In this document: piece by piece, positions 41,691-50,654 of the stretch | How positions within the stretch are numbered: the stretch's first letter is position 1 | Layout of the letters: each line of letters begins with the position of its first letter | Assembly: GCA_045613315.1 (NCBI GenBank) | Contig: JAZLAV010000008.1 | Span: 20,828 to 84,827 of the forward strand | DNA from: Candidatus Enterousia sp. | GTDB lineage: Bacteria; Pseudomonadota; Alphaproteobacteria; Rs-D84 | Direction: 5' to 3' | Length of the DNA: 64,000 nt | Made by a program: the position numbers and the translations under genes | The notes under the pieces: model-generated | The model's input: the letters and a program-made list of their open reading frames with translations, nothing else | What the model was told of the DNA's origin: nothing | Databases searched by the model: none

Positions 41691-41987
41691 ATGAAACAGC
41701 AAGTATTAAAAGCATTGGCAAATCCAGCGCGCATATTTTATGTGCCGTATAACATTGCTGTGATTAATTTTGTGGTTCAATTTCTTGTATTTATTGTGTT
41801 TTTTGTCGCCGGACTTGTTGTGACCGGTGGAAAAATGGCAATAAACCCACTGTATTTTTTGTTGTCGGTTATTTTGGTACATTCAATTATGGCGATTTAT
41901 TCCAAACGTGATCCACAGTTGGGACAGATTGTTGCGGCGAAAATACAGTTATTTAAACAAAAAATACCCGGTCGATTGGTGGCGTAA
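41691..41987 (+). CDS. virB3: Type IV secretion system protein VirB3-like
   Basis: 98 aa with two TM helices, the N-terminal LANPARIFYVPYN motif, and a position directly abutting virB4. Confidence 0.65.
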   Translation: MKQQVLKALANPARIFYVPYNIAVINFVVQFLVFIVFFVAGLVVTGGKMAINPLYFLLSVILVHSIMAIYSKRDPQLGQIVAAKIQLFKQKIPGRLVA

Positions 41988-44408
41988 ATGGATGGATTTT
42001 TTGAATATTTTGCCGGCGGTGATTATTCCATAACAATGACGATATTGGTTATGTCGGTGTTGTTTGTATTTATTGTGTTGATGATGTATTTACCGGCATT
42101 AACAAAACGTATTTTCCCAAATTTTGGGTATGCGCGGTATGCCAATTATTTGCCATTTCGTCGTGTTTTTTCGGATAATTCTTTGGGGTTAACAAGTGGC
42201 GCGTTGGTTCGTGTTTATCGCGTAAATGGCGTTCAAACCAGTATGCAGGACGATGAAACACGTGAAAAATTTCTGGATTTGCGGGCCCAGTTGTTTAATC
42301 AAATCCGTGATCCAAATGTGACTTTACGGTTTTTTATGGTGCGTGATGCGGCGGTTGATAATCAAAATTATGAATTTGATGGTCCTGTATTACAGGGTAT
42401 TTACAATAAATGGCGGTCCCAGGGATTACGTATATATTTGAACAATTATTATATTGTGTTGTCGGTTGCCGGGAACGATGCACGTGAAAAACTAAACCAA
42501 TACTGTAATTATATTGAATCAATATTATCTGCATATAAACCGAAATTGTTGAAAAATAATGATTCGGATAATATGGCATGTTTTTTGGGACGAATTTTAT
42601 CACCATTATCAAAACCAATGCCACGGGTTGCCGATAATAAAATATCTGAAAATGTTGCGGTTGATAATGTTGATTTCGAATCTGGTGGTATCGTTCGATA
42701 CAGCAGTGGCGACGCACAAACATTTGCCGCGATGGTTTCTTTCCGTATATCGCCGGATTATTTGGACGAAGATTTCTTTAATTCCATATCGACAATCCAA
42801 ACAGAAATGATTTGTATGAATGGATTTAATATTATGGGCAATTCCGCGGTTGAATCGACATTACGTCAACGAACATCAACCGCAGACGAAGATGAAACAT
42901 CCACTTTGTCCCAGGTATCAGAAGCAAAATCAGCAATGGATGAAAATATATCTGGGAACCAGAGTTTGGTTAATTATTACCCGTTGTTCGTCATATTTGG
43001 TGCAACCCGCGAAGAATTAACAAAATATGTTGACGAGTTTAAAAAGATATCTGCGTCATTTGGTGTGTCGCCGATTGTTGAATCATTCGCGTCCAAGGTA
43101 TCCTGGTTCGCACAAATTCCGGGTTTTGATACATTCCCGCGCAGTTTTAAATTGCTGTCAAAAACGGCTGCAATTTGTATTCCGATGTCGTCAACACCAC
43201 GCGGTGTGGAAAATTCTGATTGGGGTCCGGGGCCATTGGTTGTTTTCCCAACAGCCCAGGGAACACCATATATGTTTCAATTCCATGTGTCTGATAAACC
43301 GGCGGCGGTTGGACATACATTGACAATTGGTCCGACGGGTGGTGGTAAAACAACATTGTTCAGTTTTCTTATTGCACAATCATTGCGGCATCCAAAATTA
43401 AAGGCATTTTTCTTTGACCGGAACAAGGGCGCAGAAATATTCACATTGGCGGTTGGTGGTAAATATATCACTATGCGTGGCAAGAATAAAAAAGAAAATG
43501 CAATTGAACAAAGTTTTGAAACAAGATTAAATCCGCTTAAAATGCCCGATACGGTAGAAAATCGCGCATTTTTGCGTCGTTGGTTTTCAATTATTTCCGG
43601 ACAAAATGATGCGGCGTCTGCGGATGAAATTGCACGTGCGGTTTCGGTTAATTTTGACTATTTGTCCGATAAAGACCGGTTGTTAAAGAATTTATGGGAA
43701 AGTTGTTTTTCGTCATCTGGTCCAATGCGTGCAGCACTTAAAAAATGGGTTGATACGTTGCAATATGGCGATATGTTTAACGAAAATTCCGATACATTGG
43801 ATTTAGGGGCGCGTCTGACAACATTTGATTTTACAGATATTTTACAGGACGAGGTTTTATCCCCAGCTGTTATTTCATATATATTACACCGTATTAACAC
43901 AACAACGGTTTCTGGTGGAAATCCGTCACTTATTATGATTGATGAAACCGCGCCGATGTTGGAAAACAAAATGTTCCGGGATAATTTTATTGCAGGTTTA
44001 CAAGAAGGGCGCAAGAATCGCCAGGCATATATGGTTGCATTTCAACGCGCAAATGTACTGGATAAATTGGGAATTGGAGATGTTGTCCGTGGACAGGCGC
44101 AAACGGTATTGTTCTTTCGTAATCCGGCGGCTGACGCGGGCGATTATGCGCATTGGAACCTTAATCCGCTTGAAATGGCATTTATCCAGGGCAAGGCCTA
44201 TCCAAACCTTAAACGGGCGGTGTTGTTGTCGCGTCCGGTTAATGGGGAATCTGTGATATTAAATACTGAATTGGGTGGTTTGGGACATTTATTGCGTTTG
44301 TTTGAATCAGGACGTCCATCGGTGTTATTGGCCGAAGAATTGTATAAAATGTACGGAACAAATTTCGTGGGGGAATACCTGAAAAAACAATCTGGTGGCA
44401 ATGTCTAG
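41988..44408 (+). CDS. virB4: Type IV secretion system ATPase VirB4
   Basis: 806 aa with Walker A GPTGGGKTT (43329-43355), Walker B LIMIDE, and an N-terminal TM segment. Confidence 0.9.
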   Translation: MDGFFEYFAGGDYSITMTILVMSVLFVFIVLMMYLPALTKRIFPNFGYARYANYLPFRRVFSDNSLGLTSGALVRVYRVNGVQTSMQDDETREKFLDLRAQLFNQIRDPNVTLRFFMVRDAAVDNQNYEFDGPVLQGIYNKWRSQGLRIYLNNYYIVLSVAGNDAREKLNQYCNYIESILSAYKPKLLKNNDSDNMACFLGRILSPLSKPMPRVADNKISENVAVDNVDFESGGIVRYSSGDAQTFAAMVSFRISPDYLDEDFFNSISTIQTEMICMNGFNIMGNSAVESTLRQRTSTADEDETSTLSQVSEAKSAMDENISGNQSLVNYYPLFVIFGATREELTKYVDEFKKISASFGVSPIVESFASKVSWFAQIPGFDTFPRSFKLLSKTAAICIPMSSTPRGVENSDWGPGPLVVFPTAQGTPYMFQFHVSDKPAAVGHTLTIGPTGGGKTTLFSFLIAQSLRHPKLKAFFFDRNKGAEIFTLAVGGKYITMRGKNKKENAIEQSFETRLNPLKMPDTVENRAFLRRWFSIISGQNDAASADEIARAVSVNFDYLSDKDRLLKNLWESCFSSSGPMRAALKKWVDTLQYGDMFNENSDTLDLGARLTTFDFTDILQDEVLSPAVISYILHRINTTTVSGGNPSLIMIDETAPMLENKMFRDNFIAGLQEGRKNRQAYMVAFQRANVLDKLGIGDVVRGQAQTVLFFRNPAADAGDYAHWNLNPLEMAFIQGKAYPNLKRAVLLSRPVNGESVILNTELGGLGHLLRLFESGRPSVLLAEELYKMYGTNFVGEYLKKQSGGNV

Positions 44409-45027
44409 GGCACAAAGATTTTTAACAATATTTTTATGTATTTTTGGTATTCATAATATGTTGTATGCCAACGAATGTGGCGCATACAAGATTAAACCAA
44501 AGATTGTTATAAATCCAACCAAATGGAATAAAAATATTACGCAACCACGCGAATCGATGGATTTATTGCACGGAAATGTTGTTGCGACATTTGTTGATAA
44601 TTATGATATTAACGCAGATATAAATTCGGTAAATGATGGTTTTTGTGTATCTATTAATTCTGTGGATGCAACGATTGGATATACTGATTTTATGGTAAAA
44701 ATAGATAATAGACATAAAAAAAACAGTTGTTCATATAATGCAATTCTTAATCATGAAAATAAACACATAGATGCATATTTATCTGTGGTGGATGATGTGT
44801 GGGTTGATTTGCATAATGCGCTTTATTCCGCGGCCGATTCCGTAATGCCGATGTTTATACATGATTTGTCGGAATCAGATTGGGCAATTGAAAAATTAAA
44901 TGATGAATTACAATCACATCCAAACATTGTTTTAATAAAACAGAAAATCCATGCGTCCGAAGAAATAAAAAATAAAAACATAGATATAAACGAAGATTAT
45001 TCAGAATTGAAAAAATGTTTCAAATAA
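44395..45027 (+). CDS. Secreted HExxH-motif protein (possible DUF922-like zinc peptidase)
   Basis: Signal peptide ...NMLYA|NE and HENKH at 44752-44766. It overlaps the virB4 end by 14 nt and looks very AT-rich by eye. Confidence 0.45.
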   Translation: MAMSRAQRFLTIFLCIFGIHNMLYANECGAYKIKPKIVINPTKWNKNITQPRESMDLLHGNVVATFVDNYDINADINSVNDGFCVSINSVDATIGYTDFMVKIDNRHKKNSCSYNAILNHENKHIDAYLSVVDDVWVDLHNALYSAADSVMPMFIHDLSESDWAIEKLNDELQSHPNIVLIKQKIHASEEIKNKNIDINEDYSELKKCFK

Positions 45028-45030
45028 AAA

Positions 45031-45053
45031 AAACGCCCATTTGGGCGTTTTTA
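45031..45053. terminator. Bidirectional terminator between the HExxH gene and the HTH gene
   Basis: A-run, then ACGCCCA..TGGGCGT, then T-run. Confidence 0.75.
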
Positions 45054-45068
45054 TGCTTAAAATCTTGG

Positions 45069-45328
45069 TTAAATTGGGTTATCTGGTGTGGAATTATCTT
45101 TTTCGTCGTGGATGTGTTTTACAAGGTCGTTTATTCTTTGTCCGGTTGAAGTTAATATTTTTGCGATACTTTCTGTTGATGGCCAACGCGGTTGCCCGAA
45201 TTTAACCACCGTTTACTTTTATTAAAAGTTGTTGGATCCAGACCACTGGAACGCGCCAAACCCGAACATGACATATTATGTTCGGATGCGAACCTTTCAA
45301 TGGCCAACCATATTTGGTCTTGTGTCAT
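45069..45328 (-). pseudogene. Frameshifted short HTH regulator (LexA/phage-repressor N-terminal-like family)
   Basis: MTQDQIWLAIERFASEHNMSCSGLARSSGLDPTTFNKSKR stops at 45152. The conserved continuation RWPSTESIAKILTSTGQ... is in the -1 frame, with the switch near 45180-45196. GGGGGA SD before ATG 45328. Confidence 0.55.
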
Positions 45329-45349
45329 ATATTCCCCCTTTGTCGAGAA

Positions 45350-45365
45350 CGATGCAATTGTATCG
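45350..45365. promoter_or_regulatory. Imperfect palindrome CGATGCAATTGTATCG upstream of the HTH gene (candidate operator)
   Basis: 14 of 16 positions are symmetric, centred on CAATTG, about 20 nt upstream of the SD. Confidence 0.4.
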
Positions 45366-45485
45366 TATCTAAAAAAATACAATAGGTTCTGCGTCCTAGG
45401 GTATAAAAAATAAATACCACATTGGCACTTCAAATATGGGAAAGCCCGCCTTCGCCAGGGCTACGGCGAGGCACTGAATTTTCTA

Positions 45486-45743
45486 AATAAAAATACCGCC
45501 AATGCGGTATTTTTAGAAAATTCGTGGTTGTACAGTGTGTGCATTTCCCGAGCCGAGTTGTTGGATATAGGACGAGAAATATATTCTATAAAAAAAGAAA
45601 GCATCAAAACCGATTGTGCAGAAAACAAATCTGCGATCAGTTCTGATGTTCTTAAGATAAATCTATAAAAATATTTTTATAGATAAAAAGTTGTCGCTAT
45701 AAGACCTTTCTCGCTCCAATTGCTCGGGGTGTATAACAACAAC
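45486..45743 (-). ncRNA. Candidate structured small RNA (unknown family)
   Basis: A minus-strand TTGAAA-N16-TATAAT promoter sits just upstream. Nested helices at 45547-53/45722-28 and 45573-79/45707-13 enclose a hairpin at 45602-45648 and the 22-nt palindrome at 45662-45683. It ends at a hairpin plus U-run. Confidence 0.35.
45488..45514. terminator. Bidirectional hairpin terminator
   Basis: ATACCGC-CAAT-GCGGTAT flanked by an A-rich tract and a T-rich tract. Confidence 0.7.
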
Positions 45744-45749
45744 GTCATA

Positions 45750-45777
45750 ATTATATAACAAAAAAATTGATTTTCAA
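45750..45777 (-). promoter_or_regulatory. Strong sigma70-type promoter on minus strand (TTGAAA-N16-TATAAT)
   Basis: Plus-strand ATTATA at 45750-45755 and TTTCAA at 45772-45777. Confidence 0.6.
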
Positions 45778-45797
45778 TTAATTTGTATAAGTTCAAA

Positions 45798-45824
45798 AGT
45801 GGCGATTTTTTCGCCACTTTTTTT
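45798..45824. terminator. Hairpin terminator AGTGGCGA-T5-TCGCCACT + T7
   Basis: Perfect 8-bp stem, with a T7 run on the plus strand and TTTTG on the minus strand. Confidence 0.7.
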
Positions 45825-45960
45825 AATGTGGAATTTGCGGGGAAAGGATTTCGCTTGTGCGCCAACTGCGGATTTTTGCCTTTGGCAAACCGGCATACTG
45901 CCGTCTGCCTAATCCTTGTGGTGAACCACTTTCTTCGTGGTTCAAATCCCACAATAAATT

Positions 45961-45992
45961 AAATAAAAAATGTGCCACAAGGACACATTTTT
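45961..45992 (-). terminator. Terminator of tRNA-fMet
   Basis: Hairpin at 45969-45989, immediately 3-prime of the tRNA, followed on the minus strand by TTTTTTATTT. Confidence 0.75.
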
Positions 45993-46000
45993 CATTTAAC

Positions 46001-46077
<77 letters not shown>

Positions 46078-46181
46078 ATAAGTGGTGTTTATTATATATC
46101 AAATTACGCGCGTGTCAAACAAAATGTGTATAGATGTGTGCGGCCCTTGCATATTATATTTTTTGTTGCTAAAATTCGGAT

Positions 46182-46955
46182 ATGGAAAAAAGAAAAAATT
46201 TTTTGCGTCGCGCGTGGAAATGGTTCTTTGGTCTGGGAATCATTCAATGGTTAATCGCAATTATTATTGCAATACCAATTTGGTTTGTGTATTTGACCAG
46301 TATTAAAAAAATCACAAATTACAAAACATTTAAAAAATACCGTAAAAAACCGGCAATTTTCGTGTTCTGGCACGGGCGCAGTATGATGTTATCGCCAATT
46401 ATCTCGGTCGGACGAATGCGCGCCTATGCCGTGGCAAGTTTTCATCGTGATGGTCGTATAATGGCGCATTTACAACGTTTGTTTGGTCTGCGGCCGTTAT
46501 ATGGGTCAACATCGCACGGTGGTTTGTCGGTGTTGCGTGGCGGATTGAAAATATTGTCTGATGGACGTTATTCGTTGTGCATTTCGCCGGACGGGCCGGG
46601 TGGACCATCGTTACGAATCCAGGATGGAACAATGTATTTTGCAAAAATGACCGGTGCGCCAATTATACCGGTATGCTATTCGGCGTCGCGTGCAAAGTTT
46701 GTAAATCGTTGGGACCGGTATATGATTGTAAAGCCGTTTTCCAAAATAAATGTTATTGTTGGTGAACCAATATTTGTTCCACGTCGGGCGGATGAAAAAG
46801 AATTTGAACAAATACGTGAATCGTTGGAAAATTATATGGTTGAAACCGTGCATAAAATGGATGCTGCGTTTGGACATAAAATGGTCGAACAAGATTTTAC
46901 AGCATCTGAATTTAAACGCGCGTTGCGTGCGGCACGTGGTCAAAATAAGGCATAG
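46182..46955 (+). CDS. DUF374 lysophospholipid-acyltransferase-like protein
   Basis: N-terminal TM, FWHGRS and SPDGPGGP motifs. It sits upstream of lpxK, as in many proteobacteria. Confidence 0.75.
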   Translation: MEKRKNFLRRAWKWFFGLGIIQWLIAIIIAIPIWFVYLTSIKKITNYKTFKKYRKKPAIFVFWHGRSMMLSPIISVGRMRAYAVASFHRDGRIMAHLQRLFGLRPLYGSTSHGGLSVLRGGLKILSDGRYSLCISPDGPGGPSLRIQDGTMYFAKMTGAPIIPVCYSASRAKFVNRWDRYMIVKPFSKINVIVGEPIFVPRRADEKEFEQIRESLENYMVETVHKMDAAFGHKMVEQDFTASEFKRALRAARGQNKA

Positions 46956-46964
46956 GGGGGATTT

Positions 46965-47870
46965 ATGAAAACACCGTGGTGGTTTATGCACAAAACGCCG
47001 TTGGCATTGGTTTTATTGCCGGTGTCATGGGTTTACTATTTTATTTCACGGATTGTTTATTGGTTTCGTGGGTTCGGTGTATATAAATCGCGACGCGGGG
47101 TGATTTGTGTTGGAAATATATTGGCGGGTGGTGTTGGTAAAACACCCGTGGTTCGTGCAATTGCCACATATTTGGACGCACCGGTTGTTATGCGTGGTTA
47201 TAAAAAAAGCGCAAAAACCGGAAATATCGGGGACGAGGCATCTATGCTATCGCGTGACGGTTTAATCGTTCATACCGGTGACAGAAAAAGTAATGTTATG
47301 CTGCTGGACCGGCAACAAAGTGAAAAAACACCAATTGTTATGGATGATGGATTCCAAAATCCAAAAATACACAAGGATGTTTCAATACTTGTTTTCGACG
47401 AAGAAATCGGATACGGAAACGGGTTTTTATTACCGGCGGGGCCGTTGCGTGAACCGCGTGGTCACGCCGCGCGTGCGGATGCAATTATAATTATCAAATC
47501 AGGTACACCACGGAAAAATTTTAATGTTCCGGCCGGTGTCCCGGTGTTTTACGCAAAAAATAATACCGTGTCACCATATAATGAAAATGTTAAATTGGTT
47601 GCGTTTGCGGGAATTGGTTATCCGAAAAAATTCTTTAAATGTTTGCCAAATGTTGTGGCAACGCGTGCGTTTTCTGACCATTACCAATATTCAGACGAAG
47701 ATATTGAAAAACTGATATCGTTGGCAAATAAAAAGGGCGCCAAGTTGGTCACAACTGAAAAAGATTGGGTGCGTTTACCAGAACGTTTTCGTGATGAAAT
47801 AAAATATGCGCATCTGGATACAAAAATGGATAATCTTTTTTGGGATTGGTTGCGGGGGAAAATAAAATGA
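46965..47870 (+). CDS. lpxK: Tetraacyldisaccharide 4-prime-kinase
   Basis: P-loop VGNILAGGVGKTP. Confidence 0.9.
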   Translation: MKTPWWFMHKTPLALVLLPVSWVYYFISRIVYWFRGFGVYKSRRGVICVGNILAGGVGKTPVVRAIATYLDAPVVMRGYKKSAKTGNIGDEASMLSRDGLIVHTGDRKSNVMLLDRQQSEKTPIVMDDGFQNPKIHKDVSILVFDEEIGYGNGFLLPAGPLREPRGHAARADAIIIIKSGTPRKNFNVPAGVPVFYAKNNTVSPYNENVKLVAFAGIGYPKKFFKCLPNVVATRAFSDHYQYSDEDIEKLISLANKKGAKLVTTEKDWVRLPERFRDEIKYAHLDTKMDNLFWDWLRGKIK

Positions 47871-48805
47871 CGACATTATTAGATACAATAAAATTAACAG
47901 GCAAGGGTATTCATTCCGGTTTACCGGTTGATATTGTTTTGCGTCCGTCAAAAAATCGCGGTATTTTCTTTTGCCGTGTTGATAAAGACAAAAATAATTT
48001 AATATCTGCGACATATGATAATGTTGGCGAAACAAAAATGCGAAATACAACAATTGGTGACACGGCTGGTGCGCATGTTCAAACAATTGAACATTTGATG
48101 GCGGCACTTTTTATCGCGGGTGTGGACAGTATTGTTGTTGATATAAACGGGGCCGAAACACCAATTATGGACGGCAGTGCAGATTTGTTTTTGCGCGAAA
48201 TAATGAATGTTGGTACCACCGGTGGTAAAATGCGCAAAATAATTGTTAAAAAAACGGTTGTCGCATATACACGCGAAGTGCGCCGGCAATTGCCTATATC
48301 GATGCGCATAAAATTGTGGGTTATGGATAAATTGGCACATCGTAAAAGTAATGGATATGTTAAATTATCACCAAATGATGGGGAATCTTTGGATGTAACC
48401 GCAACATTGGTTTATCCTGAAAAAATCATTGGTGCACAAACATACAAATATGTTTTTGATGGGTCAAAAAAATCACAAAACGAGTTTATAAAACAAATTG
48501 CCCGCGCACGAACATTTGGTAAATATTCAGAATGGGAATACCTTAAATCACATGGTATGGGGCGTGGCGCGGATGAAACAAATGTAATTGCATTAAATGG
48601 TAATGGGGACGGGACACTTAATAAATTGGTGTGGCCGGATGAATTTGTGCGTCATAAAATTATTGATGCGATTGGCGATATGGCGACATCTGGGGGATTT
48701 GTGTGCGGAAAATTGGAATCATACAAGGGGTCGCATGCACTTAATAATATTGTTCTTAAAAAATTGTTCAGTGATGCGTCAAATTATGATATAATTGACC
48801 AATAA
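47867..48805 (+). CDS. lpxC: UDP-3-O-acyl-N-acetylglucosamine deacetylase
   Basis: MTTLLDTIKLTGKGIHSG..., with the HxxxD-like zinc site region at the C-terminus. ATGA overlap with lpxK. Confidence 0.95.
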   Translation: MTTLLDTIKLTGKGIHSGLPVDIVLRPSKNRGIFFCRVDKDKNNLISATYDNVGETKMRNTTIGDTAGAHVQTIEHLMAALFIAGVDSIVVDINGAETPIMDGSADLFLREIMNVGTTGGKMRKIIVKKTVVAYTREVRRQLPISMRIKLWVMDKLAHRKSNGYVKLSPNDGESLDVTATLVYPEKIIGAQTYKYVFDGSKKSQNEFIKQIARARTFGKYSEWEYLKSHGMGRGADETNVIALNGNGDGTLNKLVWPDEFVRHKIIDAIGDMATSGGFVCGKLESYKGSHALNNIVLKKLFSDASNYDIIDQ

Positions 48806-48824
48806 AAGAAAAATGGGAAAAACA

Positions 48825-49289
48825 ATGAAAAAAATAATGGCATTTTGTGCGCTGGCAATGTTGGCGGCGTGTGGCGGTATGATAAAAAACGAAAACGGCA
48901 GTGAATACATCACACAATTGGACGCGGAACCAATTGGGTGCACGTTTTTATATAAACTGGAATCCGAGGTTTCTGTCTATGATGCCGAAGATGCGCGACG
49001 TTATCTGGAAAATCGTATCGCTGACCAGGCGCGACCGGGCAACGCGTATTGGATTGTTTCGCAACGCACGCGTCCGAATAAATGGGTTATTTTTGGGCCA
49101 GAACGCGCGTTTGTTTTGGCGGCAAATGTTTATGATTGTCCACATCCGGGGTCTGTGCGGACGGCACGTGACGGGGGACCGGCAACTGTTTCTGTGATGC
49201 CGGCGGAATATACGGTACCGATGCCGGAATATGAATATGTTTATGACACGGTGGATTGTACGGCGGCATACGGTCCATGTAATAACTAG
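48825..49289 (+). CDS. Lipoprotein (possibly DUF4156-like)
   Basis: MKKIMAFCALAMLAACGG lipobox. The family call is tentative. Confidence 0.5.
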   Translation: MKKIMAFCALAMLAACGGMIKNENGSEYITQLDAEPIGCTFLYKLESEVSVYDAEDARRYLENRIADQARPGNAYWIVSQRTRPNKWVIFGPERAFVLAANVYDCPHPGSVRTARDGGPATVSVMPAEYTVPMPEYEYVYDTVDCTAAYGPCNN

Positions 49290-49298
49290 GTCAACAAA

Positions 49299-49324
49299 CC
49301 CCGTCAAAAAATGATGGGGTTTTT
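49299..49324 (+). terminator. Terminator after the lipoprotein gene
   Basis: CCCCGTCA-A5-TGATGGGG plus a T-run. Confidence 0.75.
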
Positions 49325-49336
49325 GTTAATCTGTAT

Positions 49337-49366
49337 TTGCCAAGGTCGACCTTTTTGTGTTATAAT
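49337..49366 (+). promoter_or_regulatory. Promoter of the pilus-like operon (TTGCCA-N18-TATAAT)
   Basis: Hexamers at 49337-49342 and 49361-49366. Confidence 0.55.
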
Positions 49367-49388
49367 TGATCCAAGGTAGAGAGAAAAA

Positions 49389-50654
49389 TTGGCAAATCAA
49401 ACAATATCGGTTCATAGAAAGAAATATGCCGTGGGGCTTTTTTGGCAACCAATGGTTGCCGGTGGCACCGGTGGACGCGCGTATGCACGCCGTTTGTCGC
49501 ATTCTGTTGATGGACATTACAGTTTATATATCGAATATAATTTTATGATTGGTTTATCATCGCGTCGTGTTGGACACAGGGGGGGGATGCCATCCGCCGC
49601 CGCCGAAGTCACCGAAGCGATGTCGGAACATTCTTCTTTTTTGGCGGTGTTCGTAATTGAACATGGTTTTTATATGGTTGCTGTGCGAAACGGAATCATT
49701 TTAATCGACCGTGTGTTTGAAAAAGAATCTGATGCGCGTGCAGAATACATAAAAATGACCGAAATGCCCGATTGGGGGGCGTTCGTTGCACCGGGCGCAT
49801 GGGGTATGCCGCGTGCGGTGGAACGTAATTTGGATGATGTTATTACCGGTCGTTCACATACGGCGTTGCGGTCAATAAGTATGTGGCGTTCGATTGTTAT
49901 ATCGGTAATTTTGTTGTCGATTTTTATTGCGGCGATGGTGTTTGTTTATCGCGATTCTGTGGTGAAATCTGTGACGGAACACCAAAATATTACACGTATA
50001 GACGAAGACAAGGCCGCCGAATATCGTCGCCAAATCGAAGAAAAAAACAAGGAATTAGATGAACAATTCCAAATAGAAAAGAAATTACCACCCGAACCGA
50101 TTGTGCCACCGTATGAATTTTTACCAAATGTCGCAGAACGCGCAGAAATTTGTTATCGGGCAATTGGGTTTTTAATGCAGCCGATTTCTGGGTGGAATCA
50201 GACAACGGCCAAATGTGATGAAAAATATGCAACGGTGCAAATGCGTCGCACATATGGAACCATTGGCGATTTTTATAATATCGCAACGGAATTAATGCCG
50301 GGTGCATTTGTCCAGGAATTATCCGAAGATTTGTTAACTGTTCGTGCAACATTACCAAAAATGGATGCCGACCCCAGTGTTGACGCACGCGACAGTGATA
50401 CGATTGTTCGTGATGTTATGACCGCATTTCAATCGATTGATACAAATGTGGATATCCAGACAGTTATAGATACCGTGACAAACGGTGTTGAAACACAAAA
50501 TTTTGATGTTGTGGAAATCGCGGCATCATCAAAACTGACACCGATGCAGTTTATGCAGATATTCGATGATTTCGGCGGTGTTTATATGACTGGTTGTGAT
50601 TGGAACGCATCCAATCGCACATGGAACTATGAGGTGATAATCTATGCTAGATAA
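49389..50654 (+). CDS. Bitopic membrane protein, type IVb pilus PilO(R64)/PilO2-like (tentative)
   Basis: TTG start. N-terminal KKYAVGLFWQP, a single TM around residues 165-188, and a ~230-aa periplasmic part. Its position precedes the PilP-like, ATPase and platform genes. Confidence 0.4.
   Translation: MANQTISVHRKKYAVGLFWQPMVAGGTGGRAYARRLSHSVDGHYSLYIEYNFMIGLSSRRVGHRGGMPSAAAEVTEAMSEHSSFLAVFVIEHGFYMVAVRNGIILIDRVFEKESDARAEYIKMTEMPDWGAFVAPGAWGMPRAVERNLDDVITGRSHTALRSISMWRSIVISVILLSIFIAAMVFVYRDSVVKSVTEHQNITRIDEDKAAEYRRQIEEKNKELDEQFQIEKKLPPEPIVPPYEFLPNVAERAEICYRAIGFLMQPISGWNQTTAKCDEKYATVQMRRTYGTIGDFYNIATELMPGAFVQELSEDLLTVRATLPKMDADPSVDARDSDTIVRDVMTAFQSIDTNVDIQTVIDTVTNGVETQNFDVVEIAASSKLTPMQFMQIFDDFGGVYMTGCDWNASNRTWNYEVIIYAR

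Noticed and set aside
45677-45952. 91-aa minus-strand ORF spanning the non-coding stretch.
   Set aside because: It crosses a terminator hairpin and a promoter, has no SD and shows no recognisable family. The region is better explained by RNA or structural elements.
45838-45960. Possible tmRNA (GGGG 5-prime end, GGATTTCG, T-arm-like GGTTCAAATCC), either standard or the two-piece alphaproteobacterial form.
   Set aside because: No acceptor-stem complement or CCA follows the T-arm-like segment. The T-stem carries an extra base, and I found no tag-peptide reading frame ending in a typical ...AA stop on either strand.
45969-45977. A third copy of ATGTGCCA(C) (also at 31112 and 31133), suggesting a dispersed motif.
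   Set aside because: Chance recurrence of an 8-mer two or three times in 64 kb on two strands is expected. Only the paired occurrence in one leader was kept, as a low-interest note.
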